Source of the DNA: a virus | Taxonomy: Duplodnaviria; Heunggongvirae; Uroviricota; Caudoviricetes | DNA: 64,000 bases | Direction: 5' to 3' (one strand) | Virus record (IMG/VR): IMGVR_UViG_3300025133_000019 | Part shown: piece by piece, positions 17,298-27,500 of the stretch | How positions within the stretch are numbered: the first letter of the stretch is position 1 | Layout: every line of letters starts with the position of its first letter | The notes under the pieces: model-generated | Told to the model about the DNA's origin: nothing | Databases searched by the model: none | Seen by the model: only the letters and a program-made list of their open reading frames with translations | Program-made: the position numbers and the translations under genes

Positions 17298-19976
17298 ATG
17301 TCAAAAATAAATCCTGATAATTTTGATTCAAAATCCATTTTCGATGACGATTCGCAAGATAACCTCAAGAGGGGTTGGAGCGGTACAAAACTAAAAGTTC
17401 TTTTTGACGCTCTTCTTAGAGAGGTTTCTGGATCTAGCAGTTTAATAGCTCCCTTTTTCGAGAGTATTTCTTTAACTATAAATTCCACTGACGAGACTCT
17501 CGAATTAGACGTAACTCCTCACGCCGGAATTCTGAACGGTTTTGATAAAACTAAGATAGTCCTTCTTGATGGGGAGACAAACATCCTCACCGAGGACTCT
17601 GTGTTTACTATTGATAACGGTGGGGGCAGGAGTTATGTCACTATAAATTTCCCTGTGATGGCTCCTAATAAAACTTACGTTTTAAAATTTAATATAGGTG
17701 CTTTATACAATGGAGTGACCCCAAACATACTTCATACTTACAACTTGACTACAGAAATAGTTGAGGTAAAGCCTGTTTTCGGTACTCCTGTTTTGACTCC
17801 TAGTGATGGAAACCATAACACTCTTAGTAACATAGCTGTTCCTGTGACTTCTTTTCACGGAGGCCGAAATTTGACTTTCACGGCATCTGCTAATGTAACT
17901 GGAGGAGCCATAACTACTGGTGCTCTTACTTTTGATCAGGAAACTCTTACTTTAAATATACCTGTTACCGCTTCTAACCCTAGTATTACTTATGATGTAA
18001 ATATTTCTCAAGATACTTTGGTAGATATAAGTACAGGAAGTGACCCAGTTGTTAAACAGTTTGTTACTCCTGATGAGGTCAAACCTAGTTTTGTGGATGT
18101 TACAACAGATTCAGGAACTAATAAATCGTTTGATATCACTAAATTGTATATTAACATAACCAGTGCTTCTTATTTAAATTTAGGAAGAGGAGAAGGTACT
18201 TTAAGTATAGGTATTAACGGGGGAGCTACTGTTGATCCAGCTCCTTATACTGAGGATTTTGGTAATGACAGGTTAGTAGTGGATTTGACGGATTCTGAGC
18301 TAAACACTATAACGTCTAATGATAAACTGATAGAGAATACTCAATACGATATTTCTATGACAGCCGATTTATTAAAAGACGGTAGCTTATCTAGTGACCT
18401 GGAGAGTTTAAATTCTATTACTACAGATAATGAGAATATTCCGGGGTTGAGTGGGCTAACTTCCGATACTGGAACACTTGCTTACGGAGTCACTCAGTTT
18501 GAAATAGATGTTACTGGGGGGCCTTTTTTGTATATTGTTAGCGATAACAATTTTACTACAGATTTTTCTGGAGTGGAAATAAATAGTGGAGTGACTAATA
18601 TAAATGGCGGACCAGGAGCTATAACAACTCAAGATAATGCCGGACAATTAACTAAAATAATCATACCAGTTCAAAATATTAGTGAGGGTACCGCCTATAC
18701 AGTTGAAATACCTGCTGATTCGGTAAAAGATGGATCTAGGGGAAACGTGTTATTTAGTAGTATTCATACTACAGATACTGAAGTTAAGCCAACTTTGGAT
18801 TTAGCTAACTGCGTTCCTGTGGACGCTGTTAGTAATGTGGATTTCACTTCTATTAGTGAGATAGATATTAAGCTGTCCGACCTAGCTTATACGGCATTAC
18901 GGGCCGTGGATTTAAGTTTAATTACTGCGGTAGGTAGTGTTCAAGGGAACCTTAGTTTTAGTTCTAGATCGCTTGATATTAATAACAAGAAAATTGATCT
19001 CACTTTATCAACCAGTCTCACTGAATTAGAAACAGTTACTTTTACTATACCGCAAGGAACTATTGCTGACGGGTCTACTTTGAATGACGCTAGTAATGGA
19101 GATTATGCATTTATTACTAGAGCTAAGTCAGATACCAAGCCCACTTTCAATTTTACTGGTTCAGCTCCTGCTAACGATGCTAATGATGTGTCTCAACAGG
19201 TGACACAAATAACTATACCTATAAACTCTTCTCACGAAATAGCTCTGAATACTAATGATAATCTAGATGCCAGTGATATCTTCGTTATAAAAGACGGGGG
19301 ATCTGATATTTCTGGAACTCCTAGTATTTCGGGAACTAATTTAATTATTCCAGTAACCTTAGTTAATGGTAGCTCTTATGAAGTATCTTTATTACAAGGG
19401 TCTTTGTATGATGGAGCACTATTAAGTGATGCTACCACAGCAGGTCAATATGACTTCGTTGTGAATACTCCAGTACCTACAGCCACGAATAGATGGAGTT
19501 TTGTATTACCTGCTAATAATGATGAGGTATCAGGAACTGTATTTATGGATTCTGGAACAAGAGATTTAGCGAATGCAGGTTCAGGAGTTGTTACTGGGAA
19601 TCTCTATGATGATAGCATGTCTGCTTCTCCTATATGGTGGATGAAGAATTTCTCTCCGCAAGCCTCCCGTAGAATATGGATTTTTGAAGTCAAACCAGAC
19701 TCAGCAACTTCTATACCTTTATATGGTGGTGGAGTATCAGCAGACAAGGCCAGAGTTTTAGATAGTGATTTGTTGAGTCTTAGTAACGCCACTTCTTCTA
19801 ACAATAGTTCTATTTTTAGTATTTTTAATTTTGATTCAGGAAACACTTTGAACTGGAGTCAAGCGGGGCCTTCTTCGTTGTACCTAGAGTTTGTGGAGTT
19901 TGATAGCGAAGTAAATATTACAATAGCCCAAGAATGGTCCAATAGCCAAGATTGGTCTGTTCATGCTGGAGTTTAA
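17298..19976 (+). CDS. T/S/D-rich virion protein with tandem Ig-like (SbsA/Big_5-like) domains
   Basis: About five repeats of KP(T/V/S)F...P.D...V...I.I...Y.V.I....(L/V)KDG. Confidence 0.65.
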   Translation: MSKINPDNFDSKSIFDDDSQDNLKRGWSGTKLKVLFDALLREVSGSSSLIAPFFESISLTINSTDETLELDVTPHAGILNGFDKTKIVLLDGETNILTEDSVFTIDNGGGRSYVTINFPVMAPNKTYVLKFNIGALYNGVTPNILHTYNLTTEIVEVKPVFGTPVLTPSDGNHNTLSNIAVPVTSFHGGRNLTFTASANVTGGAITTGALTFDQETLTLNIPVTASNPSITYDVNISQDTLVDISTGSDPVVKQFVTPDEVKPSFVDVTTDSGTNKSFDITKLYINITSASYLNLGRGEGTLSIGINGGATVDPAPYTEDFGNDRLVVDLTDSELNTITSNDKLIENTQYDISMTADLLKDGSLSSDLESLNSITTDNENIPGLSGLTSDTGTLAYGVTQFEIDVTGGPFLYIVSDNNFTTDFSGVEINSGVTNINGGPGAITTQDNAGQLTKIIIPVQNISEGTAYTVEIPADSVKDGSRGNVLFSSIHTTDTEVKPTLDLANCVPVDAVSNVDFTSISEIDIKLSDLAYTALRAVDLSLITAVGSVQGNLSFSSRSLDINNKKIDLTLSTSLTELETVTFTIPQGTIADGSTLNDASNGDYAFITRAKSDTKPTFNFTGSAPANDANDVSQQVTQITIPINSSHEIALNTNDNLDASDIFVIKDGGSDISGTPSISGTNLIIPVTLVNGSSYEVSLLQGSLYDGALLSDATTAGQYDFVVNTPVPTATNRWSFVLPANNDEVSGTVFMDSGTRDLANAGSGVVTGNLYDDSMSASPIWWMKNFSPQASRRIWIFEVKPDSATSIPLYGGGVSADKARVLDSDLLSLSNATSSNNSSIFSIFNFDSGNTLNWSQAGPSSLYLEFVEFDSEVNITIAQEWSNSQDWSVHAGV

Positions 19977-19978
19977 TA

Positions 19979-21199
19979 ATGTCTAATTTAACAGGCCAAG
20001 ATTTAGTTGATAGATTGTCAGATTTGTTGTTAGCTGATGTCAGAGATAATTTAGAACTAGCTTTCGAGATAACCAAGTTTGAGATGCCTTCTGGCGCTAC
20101 CGTAGATGTAGGAGATTACTTTACTTTCGACAGCTCTACTACACAATACTATGTTTATTACGAGAAAGACGGGTCTACTGGAAATGACCCCGCTCCTGGA
20201 GGTAGAACTGGTATAAAGGTTGATATTTTGGAGGCTGATACCAGTGGGGATGTAGCCACTAAAACAGTTAGTGCTGTGGACATTGGTTCATCAGAGCTTA
20301 CTAGTATTACAAATTCTGTTAATATTATTACTTTAATTAGTGATAGTCATACTAACATAACTCAATTAGCGGATAATAATGTAGGCTTAACCGATATTAC
20401 AGTTACAGATCCAAAAGGACAGTTTGATCCTAACCATCTGTCTAATGTTAACATTCCGGATGGATATGATAAGATTCTATCCAAGAGTATAGCTAAAAAA
20501 TCAATAATAGAAGCTATCAACAAAATAATTTTGGACGCTAAGGTTTTAGAAAATACTGTTTCTAATAATTTAACCAAGCAATTTGGTGTTATTGGGGATT
20601 TTGTTTCTGATCCCAGCAAGAAAACTGATTTAGAATTAATAGCTGGTGACTTACTTTTAGCGGTAGCTAAAATATATAAAGAGTTGCACGGGTCGGATCT
20701 AAATGCCCCTGATAGAGTGGGTTCTGTATTCCCTATTACCTCTTCAGATCTAGGGATAGACGCTGGTTTAGACATGAATAGTACTAGTATAACTGAGTTG
20801 GCTAGTGGCGGGGCCGTTGGATCGAGTGCAGCCAATATAGATGACACTAATTCTAGGAAAACCAAAACAAAAAAACATGTTATAACGGAAGCGGAAGAGA
20901 CTCAAGGTTATATAGATGCTGTTACAACTTTGTCCATACCAAGTATTAACAGGGATACCGCCACTATTTATATTGATGGTGGGGTTCTACAACATTCTGA
21001 TGTAATTTTTCCTCTTGACTACGATTACTCAGTAGGAAGCTCTACAAGTAGAATATATATCAACGGCAATGCCACTGTAGATGTAAACGATGTATCCGGG
21101 GGAACTGATGCAAATCTAACTAATCTAGTTCAACCGGCTCCAGATGGAGAGCAACTGGTAGAGAATGATGTGATTGTCTTACTTTATACTGAGAAATAA
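19979..21199 (+). CDS. putative virion structural protein
   Basis: ATG 19979 immediately after the previous stop; YFTF...YYVYY..DG...DPAPGGRTGI.V.I motif. Confidence 0.65.
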   Translation: MSNLTGQDLVDRLSDLLLADVRDNLELAFEITKFEMPSGATVDVGDYFTFDSSTTQYYVYYEKDGSTGNDPAPGGRTGIKVDILEADTSGDVATKTVSAVDIGSSELTSITNSVNIITLISDSHTNITQLADNNVGLTDITVTDPKGQFDPNHLSNVNIPDGYDKILSKSIAKKSIIEAINKIILDAKVLENTVSNNLTKQFGVIGDFVSDPSKKTDLELIAGDLLLAVAKIYKELHGSDLNAPDRVGSVFPITSSDLGIDAGLDMNSTSITELASGGAVGSSAANIDDTNSRKTKTKKHVITEAEETQGYIDAVTTLSIPSINRDTATIYIDGGVLQHSDVIFPLDYDYSVGSSTSRIYINGNATVDVNDVSGGTDANLTNLVQPAPDGEQLVENDVIVLLYTEK

Positions 21200-23256
21200 T
21201 GGGAAGAAAAGTAGACTTAAATCAGGTTTTGGTGCCCTCTACTTTCATTTATGTAGACCCCAATAGAACAGATGATTACATAGAAGAAGGGTCTTATTTA
21301 AGACCTTTTAAAAGTTTGCACGGAGCTGTAAGCGATCCTAATGGTTACACCTCTTTCTTTCTTAACCCAGGAAATTATGTTGGTGATGATGTCACTTTAA
21401 ATAATGGGGATTCAGTGCTACATGGATCAGGCAGGGATTCGGTTATTCTTAACTTTGGTGTAAAGTCTGGGACTGGGTCTTTCTCAGGGACTGGATTTTC
21501 TATGGGTTTCGAATCTACACCGGATCAAAATGCTCCTTCAGCTTTGTCAAAGCAAGGTTTGGATTTACAGTTATCCAACGGAGGAGTTCTGTTAACTGAC
21601 TTGAAAATTTCTTACAGGACAGTACATCTGGCAACCGATTCCATAGTAGATAAGTGTGTTTTCCACCATAACAACGATTTTGATCCTTGTTTGTCTGTAG
21701 GAGTTGGAACAGTAAGGGTAACGTCTTCCACTTTCACAAAGAGCGGAGTTAAAACTTTAGTGTCTCAATATGGCGGGTCCCTTTCTATCAATGGATGCTC
21801 TTTATCAGGGGAATCTAGCGTTGGACAATATATAGTAACCTCCGTTTCAAGTGTTGCTAACACTACTCTTAGCATTAAAGATACCAGCATACTTAGCACC
21901 TATACCACCCCCCTAGGGATAGTTTATACTAATGCAGCCCCCGCTTCTTCCCCCAACGTGCTAGAGACTAGCGTTGTAGTAGGTCAAATAAGAACTAATG
22001 ATGTATCGGCTGTTCCCTCTTATCTAAGAGTTTTTGGTTCTACTTTTGGCTCACCAATTATAGGTACTGATGGAATAAGTCCTTCTACTTCTTTGTTATA
22101 TGAGTCTTCTGATAATATCAAAGATGACTCTGACTTAGATTCCGGTTCTGTATCGGACGCTGTTAACTCCTTAAATACTTCACTCCTCGCTCTTAAATTT
22201 ACGGATTTAACAGATACTCCGAATACTATAGCTCAATCCAATGCGTATAGACCGTTTGTAAGAGGTAATGAGCTGCCCTCTACTGTTATTCAAACTAACT
22301 ACACTTTGCCCCTGGATGGTGGTAATCCCGGAGAAGTCCTAACAACTAATGGGGGATCTATATCTACGTGGGCAGCAGCCCCAGGAGGGGGCTCCACAAC
22401 TTTTGTTGGGTTGACAGATACTCCCGCTACTTTTGGAAATGCGGGAGAATTTTTTAAATATACTGGGACTGCTTCGGTCTGGTCCAAGATAAATCTTAAT
22501 GATATTGTAGAGTTTCCAGAGGGCCTAGGGGGCGTTCAGGGAAAGTTTCTTACCGCAGGAGCTTCTACCACTGCTTGGGAGAGTATAACAATATCTGATA
22601 TCACTAGTTTTCCAAGTAATCTAGGCAATGATAAACAGATTTTAACATCTACTAACGGAACTTCTGTTTCGTGGACTACATTAAGTCCTTCTATCACGTT
22701 ATCAGGAAATGTTTCCGGCTCCGGCACTCTTACCAATTTAGGGGATGCTTTTATCACAACCACAGTAGCCAATGATTCCCACAACCACACTACAGCAACA
22801 TTAACAGGAGTGAGTCCTTCTATCACGTTATCAGGAAATGTTTCCGGCTCCGGCACTCTTACCAATTTAGGGGATGCTTTTATCACAACCACAGTAGCCA
22901 ATGATTCCCACAACCATACTGTTGCCACACTACCAGTTGTGGATGATTTTATATCGGGTTTAATTGAAATTCCCGAAAATGGTACTTACCTTATAACTCC
23001 TTATTCGTGGCACAAGGCTAAATATAGCAAGTTCCACTATAAAACAGAGAGTGGAACTTGCTCTTTGGATGTTAAAGTGAATGGAATCACTGTTTTACCC
23101 TCACCTCCTGTTCCTGCCGATAGTTCTTTACGTTTTAAAGATATATCTATTGTCACGGTTTATGCTGTCGGCCATACCATTGAGTTAGTGGTCTCTAACT
23201 CGTCTTCTCCAGTAAGGCTTTCTTTCACCTTGGCATATAATAGAACTTTCACTTAA
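21199..23256 (+). CDS. fibre/spike-like protein with N-terminal beta-helix-like region
   Basis: YVDPNR...GS..RPFK..L..A beta-helix leader; LTDTP repeats; DSHNH HxH motifs. Confidence 0.7.
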   Translation: MGRKVDLNQVLVPSTFIYVDPNRTDDYIEEGSYLRPFKSLHGAVSDPNGYTSFFLNPGNYVGDDVTLNNGDSVLHGSGRDSVILNFGVKSGTGSFSGTGFSMGFESTPDQNAPSALSKQGLDLQLSNGGVLLTDLKISYRTVHLATDSIVDKCVFHHNNDFDPCLSVGVGTVRVTSSTFTKSGVKTLVSQYGGSLSINGCSLSGESSVGQYIVTSVSSVANTTLSIKDTSILSTYTTPLGIVYTNAAPASSPNVLETSVVVGQIRTNDVSAVPSYLRVFGSTFGSPIIGTDGISPSTSLLYESSDNIKDDSDLDSGSVSDAVNSLNTSLLALKFTDLTDTPNTIAQSNAYRPFVRGNELPSTVIQTNYTLPLDGGNPGEVLTTNGGSISTWAAAPGGGSTTFVGLTDTPATFGNAGEFFKYTGTASVWSKINLNDIVEFPEGLGGVQGKFLTAGASTTAWESITISDITSFPSNLGNDKQILTSTNGTSVSWTTLSPSITLSGNVSGSGTLTNLGDAFITTTVANDSHNHTTATLTGVSPSITLSGNVSGSGTLTNLGDAFITTTVANDSHNHTVATLPVVDDFISGLIEIPENGTYLITPYSWHKAKYSKFHYKTESGTCSLDVKVNGITVLPSPPVPADSSLRFKDISIVTVYAVGHTIELVVSNSSSPVRLSFTLAYNRTFT
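22684..22916 (+). repeat. 104-bp exact repeat, period 129 bp (43 aa)
   Basis: 22684-22787 equals 22813-22916, encoding SPSITLSGNVSGSGTLTNLGDAFITTTVANDSHNH. Confidence 0.95.
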
Positions 23257-23266
23257 AAAATTATAT

Positions 23267-24493
23267 TTAAGGTAACGTATAAGACATTTTAGTGAAGGAG
23301 CTTCTCTGGGAATTGTCTCCCAAACCTAGCTCAAAACTGCTATTCTTTCCGGTTGACCACGCTACAGAACTAGAATCTACTGCTATGGTGAAGTCGTTTC
23401 CGCACCCTACGTCTGAAAAAACATGAGAGGGGTTGCTGATTTGGTAATTATTCAAAGTTGGGGTTGAGAGAGTTGTTATATTAAATCCGGTACTGAGTTG
23501 ACCTGAACCCCCGTTACCGGCTAGGTATATATTACCAGAGCTGCTTAATAAAGCAAGGTGATCGTGCCCCACTCCAATTTTTGAAATAGTTCCAATAGGC
23601 TCATTCCCAGATCCATTGTTTACAGTCGTTATTTGAGTGAACTGGTCTCGGGAGTTCGTGTCTCCTAGACCCAGCCTTCCATATGTGCCTCTACCGCAAG
23701 CCCAAACTTTTCCGTTTTCAGTAAGGACAAAGGTAGTGTCGTCTCCGCATTCTATTTGTTTGGGGTTACTGAATCCGAAGAGAGTAGCGGTTCCTGGCAC
23801 GAGAGCGGGTTCCGCAACAGGAGATGTTGTATGATTTAAACCCAGTTGACCGTAATTATTTTTACCGAAGGTGTAAATTTCGTTAGCTCCTACTATAGCT
23901 ATAGAGTGATTAGATCCTCCAGAGAATTTATGGGACAGTGCTAATTGAGAATCAAATTCTACAGGAGATGTTATTTGTATAAAGCTTTCGGAATTTCCCG
24001 TTCTACCTAAGCTAGAAAAGGAGTTATTACCTGAAGTAAAGAGTCGGAGTCCGTTAGAACCTCCCCCCCAAGCGGAGGAAATCAAGGAATGATTGAATCC
24101 CGCTCCGAATTGTTCTATATTTCCGTTTGAAAATAGGGCCACAGGGTTTTGGTATTGAAGGGTGGTATTATCGAATCCCAGTTGCCCTAAGTGGTTTCTA
24201 CCGAATCCATATATTTTAGAATCCGTGGTTAATGTGTATAAGCAATGAGATTCTCCCATTTTTACCACATCTATGGAAACCGCAGACAAAGCAGTGTGTT
24301 TTGTTGGAGTCTGTCCAGTGCTTGTGCCCCCGTTTCCCAGTTGACCGTAGTTATTTAGGCCCCATACATATATATCCCCCCATTGGTCTTTAGCTAGGCA
24401 GGATGACCCTCCTACTGATAGATAGGAAATTTTAAAATCTTGGGTTCCGGGTAGGGGTCCGGACGCTGGAATGTAAATGAAAGTAGGACTCAT
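23267..24493 (-). CDS. RCC1/BLIP-II-like beta-propeller repeat protein
   Basis: Seven repeats of (W/F)G.N.YGQLG and G..HS/T. Confidence 0.9.
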   Translation of the reverse strand: MSPTFIYIPASGPLPGTQDFKISYLSVGGSSCLAKDQWGDIYVWGLNNYGQLGNGGTSTGQTPTKHTALSAVSIDVVKMGESHCLYTLTTDSKIYGFGRNHLGQLGFDNTTLQYQNPVALFSNGNIEQFGAGFNHSLISSAWGGGSNGLRLFTSGNNSFSSLGRTGNSESFIQITSPVEFDSQLALSHKFSGGSNHSIAIVGANEIYTFGKNNYGQLGLNHTTSPVAEPALVPGTATLFGFSNPKQIECGDDTTFVLTENGKVWACGRGTYGRLGLGDTNSRDQFTQITTVNNGSGNEPIGTISKIGVGHDHLALLSSSGNIYLAGNGGSGQLSTGFNITTLSTPTLNNYQISNPSHVFSDVGCGNDFTIAVDSSSVAWSTGKNSSFELGLGDNSQRSSFTKMSYTLP

Positions 24494-24572
24494 TATTAAC
24501 CTTTTCGTAAAGTAGATATAAAAATACTATTTTAATATTTTTAAGTTTTATAGAGTCTGGAGGCTGTTTAGA

Positions 24573-27500
24573 ATGGGAAGAAAAGTAGATTTAAATCAAG
24601 TAAAAGTTCCGTCTACCTTAGTTTATGTCGATCCTAATAGAGAATTAGAGGATTACATAGAAGATGGGTCTTATATTAGACCTTATTACACTCTCCAGGC
24701 TGCTGTTGAAAAGGGTAGCAGAGCCATTTTTTTAAATCCAGGGGCGTATGTTGGGGGAGATGTGGCTTTTCCTTCAGGAAACGTAGTTTTATACGGGGTG
24801 GGTAGAGATTCAGTTTCCTTAGATTTTTCTTTGAGTACTAGTTCTGGATTTTTCTCTGGTTCTGGCTTCACGCTTATTTCGGGTAATAATTTTGATCTCT
24901 CTAATTCTTTATCTGGTATTTTTTTAGATCATATATCAATAGCTGGGGGCTTATTAACAGTAAATAGCGGAGCAGTGGTAAGAAACTGTCAAGTTTCCAA
25001 TACTAATGTTACTTGTGTCCAAGTAAATTCTGGAGAAGTGGAGCTGTCTTCCTGCTCATTAACCCAACTTGGAAACAGTTCTGCACTAAATCATGTGGCA
25101 GGAAGACTTTCTTTGTACGGATGTAAAATAACGGGATCAGCTCCTTCTGGTTTAGTCAGTTCTATTAGTGATTTAAGTTCCGGAAACGGGAGTGTTCTGA
25201 TAAATGGGGGTATCATAAGTAACCTGGGAGGAGAGTCTTTACAGATGTCGAATCAGACTCCTGTTACGTCTCCTAATACAGTTCAAAATTGTATTATTGT
25301 TGGGAGTGTTACTTTAGGAGCAGCTTTTACTAAATGGTTAGGGGTAACTACAAGTTCTTCGGTAACAGGTTTAAGTATAATAACAGAACCTTCCGATTAT
25401 ATATTAGATAAGTCTTCAGTGACTGGTGGAGGGACCCTAACACAGGCTCTTGAGTCGTTAAAAGCCACGCAGGGTAGTAGTACCTTGTCTAACTTACCAG
25501 ACGTGGCTTTTCCAGAGGGAAAGCCTTACGGAGACCCTAATGATATATTAATATCTGACGGAACAACTGGAGTTACGTTTACCAGTGCTAATCCGTTAAT
25601 AAGTGGAGTAATAGCTGGTACGCCCATAACCTCCTTGGCAGACGTAACAGGTACTCCTAATGATGGTAATATTCTTATTTATAGTACGGAAGGTACTCCT
25701 GGGTCAGCTTGGACAGATCCAACGGCCACGATAGACGGAAGAATAGCTAGTGCTTCACTACAGGATTTGTCTGGAACTCCAAGTGACTTCCTACAGGAGG
25801 ATTCAAGGGATATAGGGTTTTCTCCAGTAGCTCTTATTTCCGTAGGTTTTGTTAACCCAGAAAACGCTGTGGACACCAAAAATGTTGGTACATACACAGA
25901 ATCAAGTACTAATACAGGCAGTATAGATGTTGATTTTGATGAAGAAGTGGCGATAAATTCGATCTCTTTATATGATAGTGCTTTTGATGGAATAAAAGGC
26001 TTTGTCATTACTGGTTCCGACCAATCTAATTTTACAGGCGGAACTACCGCTGTTTTATATGACTCTTCTGTTTCTACGGAGAAGGGACAGAATGGAGAAG
26101 AGTCTTTTGCTTTATCAACTGATACTAAGTATCAATATTATAGAGTAGAGGTTACTTCCACATATGTCGGTAACGCTAGAATTACGGATATTGAATTTAG
26201 GAAAGCCAGTGACCAGTTTTTATTTATTGATGATAACGGTACAGATGTAGCTAACAGATCATTGATAGGGACGGATTTAAGATCCGCCTCTATTTTAGGG
26301 CTATCAGACACTCCTAGTGACTATGGCTCTAGCGGAGAAGTCCTGACTACAAATGGGAGTAATGGATTCTCATTATTACCCTCAGTTACCAGTCTTCTTA
26401 ATTTAACAGATGTTGTTGAGTTTTCAGAAGAAGATCCTTATGGAGAAGCAAATGATATATTAATATCTGATGGATCAACTGGAGTCTCATTTACCAGTTC
26501 TAGTACGTTAATAGACGGGAGAATAGCTAGCGCTTCACTAGAAGATTTAGCTAATACTCCTTCTTCTCTATCTGTAGTCAATTTAATATTAGATGAAAGC
26601 TATGGGTCTGATTCTGGGTCCATTACAGGAGCCCCGGTTTTGATTAACGGCTCTGTATCACATTGGTCGGTGGTAAACCCAGATTTTTCTACAGGAAACG
26701 AGCCTTGGTACGATGTTACATATCCTTCTTTAGCTATTTGCCGAGGTTTAAGTTTCTGGCGAGAAGATCCAGCGTCTGATCCAGATCCAGAAACAATTAA
26801 AGATTTTGAGGTATTCGGAGAAGTTACCCCTGGAGTTAGCGGGTTAGTTTCCTTGGGCACCTTTACCTATATAAATGATGATACTAAGCAATATTTCTTT
26901 TTTGATAACGAGACTTCGTATAAAAAGTACCGAATAAAATTTTTGAGCAATTATGGAAATGGTAGCCTTCTAGGAGTTACTCATTTAGAGATGTACCAGG
27001 AGAGAGGAAAGTTCTTGGCCACAACTTTTGGGTCTAATGTCATTTTTACTAGCGTCTTATCCAAGGACATTTTGGATTTTGATGAAAGTCTTGCAGCTTC
27101 TAGTGTAACTCAATTCTCCGATTTTCCGGTTGGATGGGGAGATGCTGGAGATTTCTTGATTACCAATGGGTCTGGTATGGCCTGGACTGATCCCACCGCA
27201 ACAATAGACGGAAGAATAGCTGCCACTCCTATAACTGGTCTGTCGGATACTGCTACTGAGTTTGGCAATGATTTAAGGGACTTAGGGGTGACTCCTGCTA
27301 TTGAACCAAATGCAACATCTTTTACAACTAATCCGGAGTATGCGATAGAGGTTGACGCATTATCTACAGTATCTATCACAACTTCTGGAAACATAGACGT
27401 GGATTTAGGTTCAGCTCAATTTGTAAACTCTATTATAGTTCATGATGATGCCGGGGATGGAATACAGAATTTTACTTTACAGGGGTCCAGTAATAGTGAT

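Noticed and set aside
23250-24550. Invertible cassette around the RCC1 gene
   Set aside because: Only a 9-bp AT-rich inverted match (ACTTAAAAA) flanks it and no recombinase is nearby
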